This document shows positions 37,001-45,688 of a stretch of DNA of 64,000 bases, in pieces; within the stretch, counting starts at the first letter, position 1; each line of letters begins with the position of its first letter. The notes beneath the pieces are model-generated. The model was not told the DNA's origin. It saw only the letters and a list, made by a program, of their open reading frames with translations, and searched no databases. The DNA is from an uncultured bacterium (GTDB lineage: Bacteria; Babelota; Babeliae; Babelales; Vermiphilaceae): positions 748,100 through 812,099 of the forward strand of contig OY970383.1 in NCBI GenBank assembly GCA_963719415.1. The letters are read 5' to 3'. The position numbers were made by a program, and so were the translations under genes.

Positions 37001-37741
37001 TTATGCTAACTGCTTTATAGTTAACGTTGCTGCTACAGGATTTTTGTTAGGACCATTTCCACCTGCATAAGCAGTAATTTCTAAAGCTGGAGAATTAGCT
37101 AATGCCGGATTTCTGACACTTAAAACTGAATTATGAACAATAGTGGTAATAAAAAAAGTACCCACCAATTGAGAATTGCCGTTTTGTGATCCTACAACAG
37201 TGGGTGGAAGTTCAACAACTCCATGACCAGAATTCAACCCCAAGACTAATTGCCCGCCTACACCAACGTATACCTGAAAAGCAACCTCATAAGTGCCTAT
37301 ATTAGGCAAAATAAAAGTAGAATTAGAATCAACTACCCGAGTAATAGTGCCACTAGTTGGACCATCTTTAGGAAATTCAACAGCGTTTCCAGCACTAATA
37401 TCAGTAGCGTTATTGGGTGGCATGATAGCATAAAAACTAGCATAACTGATTATTCTACCATCTCCCCTATCTCCCTTATCTCCCTTAGGTCCAGGCAAAC
37501 CAACTATTTCATTTATTGGAACATAATTTACTCTTAATAGACCTTTAATATTCACACATCCATCAACAGTCAAATCTTTAGTTTTTAGTACCGCAAGCAA
37601 AGCCTTACCCGCTTTGATAGATCGAAAAACAGCTGATTTACCTTTTGATGAATTCGAATGCGATTGTTTTTTTTGGTCATTTCCATAAACTGGAGACAAA
37701 AACAATGAAACTGAAAGTACCAATATTGTTTTCTTTAACAT
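37001..37741 (-). CDS. secreted protein with a short collagen-like G-X-Y run and a beta-rich C-terminal domain (BclA/C1q-like, tentative)
   Basis: Signal MLKKTILVLSVSLFLSPVYG. GLPGPKGDKGDRGDG gives five G-X-Y triplets. The C-terminal ~150 aa resemble BclA-type C-terminal domains (TFILPNIGTYEVAFQV...LVLGLNSG...LSVRNP...ATLTIKQL). Confidence 0.45.
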   Translation of the reverse strand: MLKKTILVLSVSLFLSPVYGNDQKKQSHSNSSKGKSAVFRSIKAGKALLAVLKTKDLTVDGCVNIKGLLRVNYVPINEIVGLPGPKGDKGDRGDGRIISYASFYAIMPPNNATDISAGNAVEFPKDGPTSGTITRVVDSNSTFILPNIGTYEVAFQVYVGVGGQLVLGLNSGHGVVELPPTVVGSQNGNSQLVGTFFITTIVHNSVLSVRNPALANSPALEITAYAGGNGPNKNPVAATLTIKQLA

Positions 37742-37846
37742 ACCACTCCTAAAATATAAACATTGTTTTGATAAAATTTTCTACTTAAGCAAAATAACAA
37801 ATTAAACTAAAATTAAACAATACTTTTACATAAATACTAAATTTTA

Positions 37847-38474
37847 TTACACCTCTTTTGATACATACGTGACATTAAACTGTCGTGGTTTTTGACTAAA
37901 ATTTAAACCAAGTAAAATTATTGGTTTATTTTGATCCTGTAAAGCTTCATGATATTTACGACTTTCGATCTGCTTCAGGGCTTTTTCTGCTGTTTGATTA
38001 AACCTTAATTCGATAACATAATTAACCGATGAAAGTTCAACAATCATATCAATACGTGCATGACTTATCATATGTTCTGAATAAATTTTTAAACCTGCAG
38101 CATTAAATAAAACATGTAACAAACTATGATAAAATTTTTCTTCTGGAATAGGTGTTCGATATGAAACACGAACAAGCATCGACTTAATTAATGCAACTAC
38201 TTCAACAATATTTTTTTTTAAATGCCGCCAATAATTTTTAAAAAAAACGTTCTGTTTGATCAACATCTGTTTGCGTAAAAACACTCAAAAAATATTGTTC
38301 CATAGTAGTACGGACTTCGTAATTTGGATAGTCAAGAGTACATATCTTGGTCTCTTTATCAAAACACTTTATAGTCAAGTATCCAGTCAGATTATAAATA
38401 TCTTTAGTTTTATCCACGTAAAAATAGCCATCATTATAAATGGTAAAAAAAGTAGTTATACCAAAAGGTAATTT
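37847..38474 (-). pseudogene. remnant of an AAA-ATPase_like / PD-(D/E)xK (DUF1703-type) gene
   Basis: C-terminal ORF has FYHSLLHVLFNAAGLKIYSEHMISHARIDMIVEL...YVIELRFNQTAEKALKQIESRKY (PDDEXK_9-like). Upstream, in another frame and without a start codon: LPFGITTFFTIYNDGYFYVDKTKDIYNL...DYPNYEVR (the family's N-terminal signature). The central ATPase part is missing. Confidence 0.55.
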
Positions 38475-38504
38475 TTACAAGACAGAGGTTTTCATTATTA
38501 AACC

Positions 38505-39026
38505 CTACTTTTCAAACTCTTTATACAGCAAACTTGGCTGAATTCCCTGATTATTCTGATATTTGCCACTATCATAACGATCATAAGCACCTTTAATTGT
38601 ATGATAAAATATTTGACAAATCTCTACTCCAGGATAAATACGAATTGGTTGAGCGCAAAATATTTCTAGCGTCCAATAGCCATTAAATCCTACATCACCA
38701 AATCCAGCTGTTATATGAATAAAAAGACCCAAGCGTCCAATAGAAGAGCGTCCTTCAAGCATTGGAACAAGATTGTCTGTTTTAGTATATTCAACAGTTC
38801 TGCCCAAATAAAGTCTACCTGGCTCTAAGATTAAACCTTCTTCGGGAATAATAATACTTTTCAATACATGCTTTGCTTTCATATCAAGAACTTTAGCATC
38901 ATACACTAACAATTCGCGATGCAGTTGTAAATTGTAACTATTAGGATTCAACTGTTTTTCATTAAAGGGCTCAATATAAATATCAACGCCTAATCTTTTT
39001 TTTATTTCTCTTCCAGAAAGAATCAT
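38505..39026 (-). CDS. dcd: dCTP deaminase
   Basis: MILSGREIKKRL...NPNSYNLQL...LEGRSSIGRLGLFIHITAGFGDVGFNGYWTLEI. Confidence 0.88.
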   Translation of the reverse strand: MILSGREIKKRLGVDIYIEPFNEKQLNPNSYNLQLHRELLVYDAKVLDMKAKHVLKSIIIPEEGLILEPGRLYLGRTVEYTKTDNLVPMLEGRSSIGRLGLFIHITAGFGDVGFNGYWTLEIFCAQPIRIYPGVEICQIFYHTIKGAYDRYDSGKYQNNQGIQPSLLYKEFEK

Positions 39027-39140
39027 ATAAAATTCCCAAAATTTGTTACTATAAACAGAACAAGTTAAATGAACACTAAAAAGTATATACTAATTTTTCA
39101 CGTATACTAATTTATTACGTACACCCATTTATTAAAATTT

Positions 39141-39250
39141 ATTGCTATTATATTGCTATTATATTGCTATTATATTGCTATTATATTGCTATTATATTGC
39201 TGTTGTATTGTTATTATATGGCTATTATATTGCTGTTGTGTTGTTATTAT
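39141..39250. repeat. tandem repeat, 10 x 11 bp (attgctattat; five perfect then five degenerate copies)
   Basis: Perfect units at 39141, 39152, 39163, 39174 and 39185. Variants follow: attgctgttgt, attgttattat, atggctattat, attgctgttgt, gttgttattat. Sits in the divergent dcd / secretin-operon intergenic region. Confidence 0.9.
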
Positions 39251-39409
39251 AAGATTGTTACAATAATATATAATATTCTTATTTAACTATACTTGTTATA
39301 ATAAAAAATAGTAAAACTAGAACAATAAACCTTCTACTTAATGAAAAATTTGATAAAAAATAGAAGATAACTATTGTTTGAAGAGCAAAATGCAAACAAA
39401 GGACTCCCG

Positions 39410-40564
39410 ATGAAACATCCTTTTTGGATTTTGAATAGCCTGTTATTTTTCCTTTTACTTTTTGTTATGGGATTTATATATATATTTAGATACCCCTTAC
39501 CAGAAAAAGAGACAATAGAATTAACTACTGTTGCTTTGCCTGCAACAAAAGAAAAACTGCACATCAATATCGCAAAAATTTACGAACACGATATCTTTGA
39601 TACATATAAGGAAGAAGTGCCGGTGGTTGAAGAAGAATCTCAATTAATTGAACCATTACCAGAGCCTCCTAAATCGATTCCTGTTTCTATTCCAGAACTA
39701 CCAGAGCCTCAGTTTTTAGACCAAATTAACATTACCCTTAAAGGTATTGTTGTTTTTAATACCGATAATAGTAAAAATCGCGCCATCATAGAAGATAACA
39801 AAACAAAAGAAGAAAATGTTTATAGCACTGGTGATTCTATTGAAGATGCGCGGCTCATTCGTATTTTCAGCAACAAAATAATTATTGTGCGAAGTAATGG
39901 ACAACAAGAAGTTCTCTATCTACGAGAAGAAGATGCAAAAAACGATCCGACGTATATAACTATTGATCAATGGGATGCTGCAATTAAAAAAATAACTGAT
40001 TCTGAATATACTATTGACGTAAAAGAGTTTATTAGTCGCATCAATAATCTTGGCCAGCTCGTTGATACCCTTGGATTAACTACTGCTTATGAAAGAGGAG
40101 TCAGTGTGGGATGCAAAATAGGCAAATTAGATGAAAAATCTGTTGGTCCGCAAATGGGTCTAAAATCGGGAGACATTATTCTTTCAATAAATAAGATTCC
40201 TGCCGATACAACCGAAAACAGACTTGCTATTTATCAACAGATTATGCTTCTTGGCAATAACAGTATTGTTGATGTTTCTATACGCAGAAATAACAACGAA
40301 CAAAAAATACATTATACTTTACAGATGGCAGATGATACCTTAAAAGAAAAAGAGACCGAAGCATCGCAAAATAAAGCAGAAAATAAAGCATCAGAAAACA
40401 AAGCTCCAGAAAGCAAAGAAAAATCAGAAAAAAATAGATTTTCTGATTTAAGAGCAAGATATTCATTTGCACCAACTATGAAAGAAATTCGGATGCGTGA
40501 AAAGCAGCAGATGCTAACCAAAGGAAAACGAAAAAATTCAGTATCAACGAATATTAATGAGTAA
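39410..40564 (+). CDS. GspC/PilP-like inner-membrane protein (TM + HR domain + PDZ)
   Basis: ATG 39410 after AAAGGA. TM FWILNSLLFFLLLFVMGFIYIF. HR-like ITLKGIVVFNTDNSKNRAIIEDNKTKEENVYSTGDSIEDARLIRIFSNKIIIVRSNGQQEVLYL. PDZ-like VGCKIGKLDEKSVGPQMGLKSGDIILSINKIPAD. K/E/N-rich tail. Confidence 0.65.
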   Translation: MKHPFWILNSLLFFLLLFVMGFIYIFRYPLPEKETIELTTVALPATKEKLHINIAKIYEHDIFDTYKEEVPVVEEESQLIEPLPEPPKSIPVSIPELPEPQFLDQINITLKGIVVFNTDNSKNRAIIEDNKTKEENVYSTGDSIEDARLIRIFSNKIIIVRSNGQQEVLYLREEDAKNDPTYITIDQWDAAIKKITDSEYTIDVKEFISRINNLGQLVDTLGLTTAYERGVSVGCKIGKLDEKSVGPQMGLKSGDIILSINKIPADTTENRLAIYQQIMLLGNNSIVDVSIRRNNNEQKIHYTLQMADDTLKEKETEASQNKAENKASENKAPESKEKSEKNRFSDLRARYSFAPTMKEIRMREKQQMLTKGKRKNSVSTNINE

Positions 40565-40569
40565 TTGTT

Positions 40570-43473
40570 ATGAATAAAAAAAACATACATCTTTTTTTTA
40601 ATATACTGTTTATTGCTATTCTTTTCTCTTCTACTAACTCTCTCTATGGAAGAAAAAGAAAAAAAAATCATAAGAGCCGCACTCTTTTAGTAGCTCAAGC
40701 TGCAACGCCAACTATAATTAATCCATACGACATGAGTGATCCATACGACAAAATAGAAAATAAAAATAAAATAGAAGAAAAAGAAGAGATAAGATTAGAT
40801 AGCCTACAAAGAGCACTTCCTCTTGAGCTGCTTCATAATACGCCAAAGCAACCAACAAATATCTCTTCCAAAGCTCCTATTTCTTCTGATTCTGCTCCTA
40901 CAACCATAGAAGAAACAGTAGAAAAAACAATGGTTGAAAAAGAGATCGAACAAGATCTTAAGTTAGAACCCGAACAAAAAGTTGATATTGCCGAAATTAA
41001 AGAAGATCTTAAAGTTAAAAATATAGAATTTAACTTCGAAAACTCTGACCTACTCAGTATAATTAAATTTATTGAAGATTTATTTGGAATAACATTTATA
41101 AGTGACAGCAGCATTCAGCCTCTTCCTAAAGGAGCATCGTCTCTTGCTGGCCATAAAGTAAAATTTAAAACCAATGTACCATTATCAAAAAAAGAAGCGT
41201 GGGATCTTTTTGTTACGTTTCTTAATATGGCTGGTTTTGCCATTACTCTTGATCCAAAACCAGATTGTTTTAGAATCAAATCCCTTGAAGATGCAAGAAA
41301 ATCGCCACTTCCTACTTTTATCGGCATAGATCCTGAGTTGCTACCACAAAATAATGAATTAATTCGTTATGTCTATTTTGTGGAAAATAGAAATGTTGAA
41401 GAACTAAAAGAAATTATCACTAAATTAAAAAGTAATAACGCCGATCTCATTCAGCTCACCAACCATAAAGCATTTATATTAACGGATAAAGCATATAATA
41501 TTAAAATGCTTATGCAGATAGTAAAAGAGCTTGATAAAGTAAGCATGCCCCAATCAATGTCTGTATTAAAACTACAAAGCCATGTAAGCGCCCAACAAGT
41601 AAAAGAATTGTATGATAGTCTTACCAAGACGGATACATCCCCTCAACAATTTTTTCAGGCTCGTAAACAACAAACAGCTCTTTTCTTTCCTGAAAATACT
41701 ACTATAATAGCCGAACCTCGAACCAACTCATTAATTTTACTCGGCACAAAAGATTCTATTGCCAAAATAGAACATTTCATAAAAAAACATATTGATAAAG
41801 ATCTTGATATACCGTATACCCCTTTCTATATATATCAACTCAAGTATGCGGAAGCCACGGCAATTGCTGAAATTATGAATAGCGTAACCGAGCTAGGAAA
41901 AGACGGAGGCGAAGGCAGAGATATCATCAGACATATGAAACCGATTTCGTTTATTGCTGAAGAAATAACCAATCGTCTTATTATTAAAGGCCATTATGAT
42001 GACTATATGATAGCAAAAGATATAATAGATAGGCTCGATTCTCCTCAAGCTCAAGTTGCTATAGAAATCTTAATCTTAAGCGTAAATATATCCGACGCGA
42101 AAAAATTAGGCGCACAAATTCGCAGCAAAGATCCAGGAGCTGATGGCTTTCTTGGAAAAAATGTTAAATTTCAGACATCTGGTCTTAATCAGAATAAAGG
42201 AATTGTTCCCAATACACAGCAAAGTAGTTTCGGTGTAACACGGCTTCTTGGTGACCTTGTTTCCTTGGCACAAGGAGCTATTTCAGGAAACACTGTGCTA
42301 ACGCTCGGGTCTGATTCATTTGGTATTTGGGGAATATTCCAAGCACTACAAACGATAACCAATACACAAATTGTTTCAAATCCCTTTATACTGGCTACCA
42401 ATAAAACACCTGCACAATTTTCGGTAGGGCAGACGCGCAGAGTACAAACGGGTACCATTTTCAGCGGCGGTAGCTCACCAATTGAAACTCTTGGTGACCT
42501 GAAGGCTAATTTAGACTTAAACGTTACTCCACAAATTAATTCAGATGGTATGATAGTCCTGAATTTATCGATAGATATTGTTGATTTTACCGATCCAAAT
42601 CCAGATAGTAAAAATGCAACAACAACAACACGTCACATCAAAACTCATGCTATTGTTGCCAATAATGAAGTACTTGCGCTTGGAGGCCTTATTAAAAATT
42701 CTATTGGAAGACAAGGACACCAAGTACCATTATTAGGAAAAATACCTATTATTGGTTGGTTGTTTAAAAATCAAGCTAAACAGCAAGAAAAAGATAGCCT
42801 GTTAATTCTTATATCTTCTACTATTATAGAAAAACATAAAACAAAAGACATTAATACCTTTAATCAAGAACGAATTAAAGACTATCAAGGTACGTTGGCC
42901 GCAATGCAACACCCCTCTGACTCAAAAGATCCAATAAACCGACTCTTTTTTGATAGCAATAAAAACGGTACTGAAAATTTAATTAATAATTTTATTTTCA
43001 CCAGAGCAAATATCAATATAGAAGACGACAATAACAGAAAAGCAAAAAAACCTAAAACACGCTTTCAAAAAAGAACGCATAAAAAGCAGGAAAAATTAAG
43101 AAAAAAACAGACAGAATCTAAGCCTGAACAAAACCCAACGGACTCTGTTGCGTCTACTAAGCCCCCTGACCAAAATAAACAGATAAATCAAACTACGGAT
43201 CAGGCTACATACCCCAAAGTTCAGGTCCCAACAAGTTCTGCTCGATCTATGACAACAGATTCGAAAACGACTTCTTCGGCGGCTGCGACTGTTTCGACAT
43301 CTGCGGCGCCCACAAAAACCGATTTTGTACAACCGGCTATTCCGTTTTCCTCTAAACCGAATCTGCAAAAACAACCGAATCCCAACAGAAATAGTGTTAT
43401 TTTAGCTCAAAGAAAAAAAAACAATCTCTCTGATTTTTTGCGTGAATCAAAAATAGATAGGACAAAAATATGA
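40570..43473 (+). CDS. secretin (GspD/PilQ family) A, with long low-complexity N- and C-terminal extensions
   Basis: N0-like NIEFNFENSDLLSIIKFIEDLFGITFI. N-domain repeats (YIYQLKYAEATAIAEIM). Secretin core PQAQVAIEILILSVNISDAKKLGAQI ... VLALGGLIKNSIGRQGHQVPLLGKIPIIGWLFKNQAKQQEKDSLLILISSTII. A ~190-aa K/T/Q/S-rich tail follows. Confidence 0.85.
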   Translation: MNKKNIHLFFNILFIAILFSSTNSLYGRKRKKNHKSRTLLVAQAATPTIINPYDMSDPYDKIENKNKIEEKEEIRLDSLQRALPLELLHNTPKQPTNISSKAPISSDSAPTTIEETVEKTMVEKEIEQDLKLEPEQKVDIAEIKEDLKVKNIEFNFENSDLLSIIKFIEDLFGITFISDSSIQPLPKGASSLAGHKVKFKTNVPLSKKEAWDLFVTFLNMAGFAITLDPKPDCFRIKSLEDARKSPLPTFIGIDPELLPQNNELIRYVYFVENRNVEELKEIITKLKSNNADLIQLTNHKAFILTDKAYNIKMLMQIVKELDKVSMPQSMSVLKLQSHVSAQQVKELYDSLTKTDTSPQQFFQARKQQTALFFPENTTIIAEPRTNSLILLGTKDSIAKIEHFIKKHIDKDLDIPYTPFYIYQLKYAEATAIAEIMNSVTELGKDGGEGRDIIRHMKPISFIAEEITNRLIIKGHYDDYMIAKDIIDRLDSPQAQVAIEILILSVNISDAKKLGAQIRSKDPGADGFLGKNVKFQTSGLNQNKGIVPNTQQSSFGVTRLLGDLVSLAQGAISGNTVLTLGSDSFGIWGIFQALQTITNTQIVSNPFILATNKTPAQFSVGQTRRVQTGTIFSGGSSPIETLGDLKANLDLNVTPQINSDGMIVLNLSIDIVDFTDPNPDSKNATTTTRHIKTHAIVANNEVLALGGLIKNSIGRQGHQVPLLGKIPIIGWLFKNQAKQQEKDSLLILISSTIIEKHKTKDINTFNQERIKDYQGTLAAMQHPSDSKDPINRLFFDSNKNGTENLINNFIFTRANINIEDDNNRKAKKPKTRFQKRTHKKQEKLRKKQTESKPEQNPTDSVASTKPPDQNKQINQTTDQATYPKVQVPTSSARSMTTDSKTTSSAAATVSTSAAPTKTDFVQPAIPFSSKPNLQKQPNPNRNSVILAQRKKNNLSDFLRESKIDRTKI

Positions 43474-45131
43474 TTAAAAATATTTTTTTACCTGAACAAA
43501 TTAATGGATATTTTTTATTTCCTAAGCGAGTTGTTAGTATATCTATTTTTCCTACTTTTATTAATGCAACGCAACTCTATATTAAGGGTAAGTCTTATAC
43601 GGTAGAAAAATGCCTACAAGAACAACTAGATCCAAATACGACACTTACCCTGCCTGAACGCACCATTAATGCTCTAAAAAAAATAAAAACTCAGCTAGGT
43701 GCATTTGATGAAGTACATTCGGTAGTATCAAGCAATAGTATTGTATTTAAAAAGCTTAAAGTACCTTTTGTAGATTATGAAAAAATTAAATTAATTATAC
43801 ATTTTGAAGCAGAACCACTCCTTCCTTTTCCCTTAAAAGATGCCATCATTGATTTTGTAATCATTCGACAAATACCAGAAGAGCAGAGTAGCGAAATTCT
43901 TGTTGTTGCAACACAAAAAAAGAACATAGCTGAACTTGTTGATATATTTAAACAAGCTGATATAAAACTAGATCTCGTAACCGTAGACATTGTATCACTC
44001 TACAATCTCTACCAACAAATACCAAGTTATAACCAACAAAAAGGTAATGTTGTTCTATTAGGCCTTGATATGCATGCCACGCATATTGGTCATATATATC
44101 ATAATCAGCTTCGCACCATTAGAACATTAAATAAAGGTCTATCCTTTATTATAAAAACAGTAAGCGATAAACTAAAATTACCCTATTTTAATGTTATGGA
44201 TCATTTTATACGCTTTGGCATCACTCATACCAATCAACCAGAAATAACTGATGCTCTCAAAAAAGCTACTGATGAGTTATTGCAAGAAATTCGCTTTACC
44301 CTTAGTTCTTTTACAACGCAAACAATAAAAAATGAATCAATTGATACCATCTTACTTTTTGGTGATGGTGCAGCCATCGCTCATTTTGCATCTTATATTA
44401 ATGCTAATCTAGGAATTTTGACGAGCGTTTTTACCATACAAGAACTAATAGATTCAAAAAAAATAATTATACCTTCCAGTCTTTTGCCTATAATAAACAC
44501 ACAAGTAATTAATATAAGCACCGTAATGCCTAATCAGTTTGCAACAACAGCATCACTTAATCTTTTGAAAGATGAATTTAGCCAATCTAGTTCTTATCTG
44601 CTTCTAAAGCAATTAGGGGCACTTGTTCTTATTGCAGCTGCATCGCTTGCTCTTTTGTTCACTTATTCAATGCTAGAAACTGAAAAAATAAAAACCGCTC
44701 TATTTAAGAACACCACGGAAGCAGTTGAGCTTCTAGAGCGTCATTTTCCCAATAAGATCGATATCGATCAAGAAGATAAAGAATCAGCAGGCACTGAATT
44801 AAGCGACGCGGTAGATGAGGCCGAAAAAGCATTAAAAAGTGAAGAGCTTACATGGATTGCTTTTTCTGGTCGATCAAGAATCTCCTTTTTGCACTATATT
44901 CTTGAGCTAACCAATTTAATAGATAAAAAAGATCTCGGCTTTGAAATAGAAGAACTCACTATTACTCATACAGACATGACTTTAAAAGCCAAAGTTACTG
45001 ACTATCCTGCTCTTAAAAAATTAGAAAACGAATTAAAACGTTCAAAATTATTTAACTATAAAGAACAACAAACAGAGCCAAATTTTACCATGAAAATACT
45101 GTTAGCCAAAAACGGTCAGGAACTATCATGA
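43470..45131 (+). CDS. PilM-PilN fusion (GspL-like topology)
   Basis: ATGA overlap with the preceding stop. PilM-like N-terminal half (LKVPFVDYEKIKLIIHFEAEPLLPFPLKDAIIDFVII...LVVATQKKNIAELVDIFKQADIKLDLVTVDIVSLYNLY...LGLDMHATHIG). One TM (LGALVLIAAASLALLFTYSML). Then a ~150-aa periplasmic part. Confidence 0.65.
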   Translation: MIKNIFLPEQINGYFLFPKRVVSISIFPTFINATQLYIKGKSYTVEKCLQEQLDPNTTLTLPERTINALKKIKTQLGAFDEVHSVVSSNSIVFKKLKVPFVDYEKIKLIIHFEAEPLLPFPLKDAIIDFVIIRQIPEEQSSEILVVATQKKNIAELVDIFKQADIKLDLVTVDIVSLYNLYQQIPSYNQQKGNVVLLGLDMHATHIGHIYHNQLRTIRTLNKGLSFIIKTVSDKLKLPYFNVMDHFIRFGITHTNQPEITDALKKATDELLQEIRFTLSSFTTQTIKNESIDTILLFGDGAAIAHFASYINANLGILTSVFTIQELIDSKKIIIPSSLLPIINTQVINISTVMPNQFATTASLNLLKDEFSQSSSYLLLKQLGALVLIAAASLALLFTYSMLETEKIKTALFKNTTEAVELLERHFPNKIDIDQEDKESAGTELSDAVDEAEKALKSEELTWIAFSGRSRISFLHYILELTNLIDKKDLGFEIEELTITHTDMTLKAKVTDYPALKKLENELKRSKLFNYKEQQTEPNFTMKILLAKNGQELS

Positions 45132-45688
45132 TGCTTCTTAAAAAATTAAATACCAGATTAGAATCATTAAGCGCTAAAACATTTTATATAATAAGTGGCG
45201 TCCTCGTATCAGCTACTATTGCTCTAGGTGGATTAATCATTTTTTGGCATTTTAATTCGATAAATCATTTTTATGAACAATTTGATGAGATAAATACGCT
45301 CCGTAAAGATCGCATTCAGCCTCTTTTAATTCGCGCAAAACAGGTAAGAAAAGAACATGAAAAAGTCGATGCTCTTCTGGCAGAAGACCCTAATTTCAAA
45401 ATTGGCGAAGTGATAAAAAACATATTAATAGAATTGCGCCTTACTGATAATTCAGTAATCCAAGGTTACACAACAACTGAACGAGAAGAAAAATATATAG
45501 AGACAGTATTGAGTATGCGTTTAGAAAATATTGATATGAAACAGCTTGCTCAGCTTCTTGAACAGATAGAAAATAATCAACGAATTACTATGAATACTAT
45601 TGAGATAGTAAGATCGAAAAAAAAACCTAACAAACTGGAAGTGTCTCTTACTATTGCAGAACTACAACCAAAAGAATTAGAAAAATAA
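45128..45688 (+). CDS. PilO/GspM-like bitopic membrane protein
   Basis: ATGA overlap with the preceding stop. A single N-terminal TM (FYIISGVLVSATIALGGLIIFW), then a ~140-aa soluble part. The call rests mainly on size, topology and position. Confidence 0.45.
   Translation: MMLLKKLNTRLESLSAKTFYIISGVLVSATIALGGLIIFWHFNSINHFYEQFDEINTLRKDRIQPLLIRAKQVRKEHEKVDALLAEDPNFKIGEVIKNILIELRLTDNSVIQGYTTTEREEKYIETVLSMRLENIDMKQLAQLLEQIENNQRITMNTIEIVRSKKKPNKLEVSLTIAELQPKELEK

Noticed and set aside
39141-39250. Possible CRISPR array
   Set aside because: The 11-bp units are directly abutting with no spacers, so this is a minisatellite and not a CRISPR array. No cas genes are in the window.
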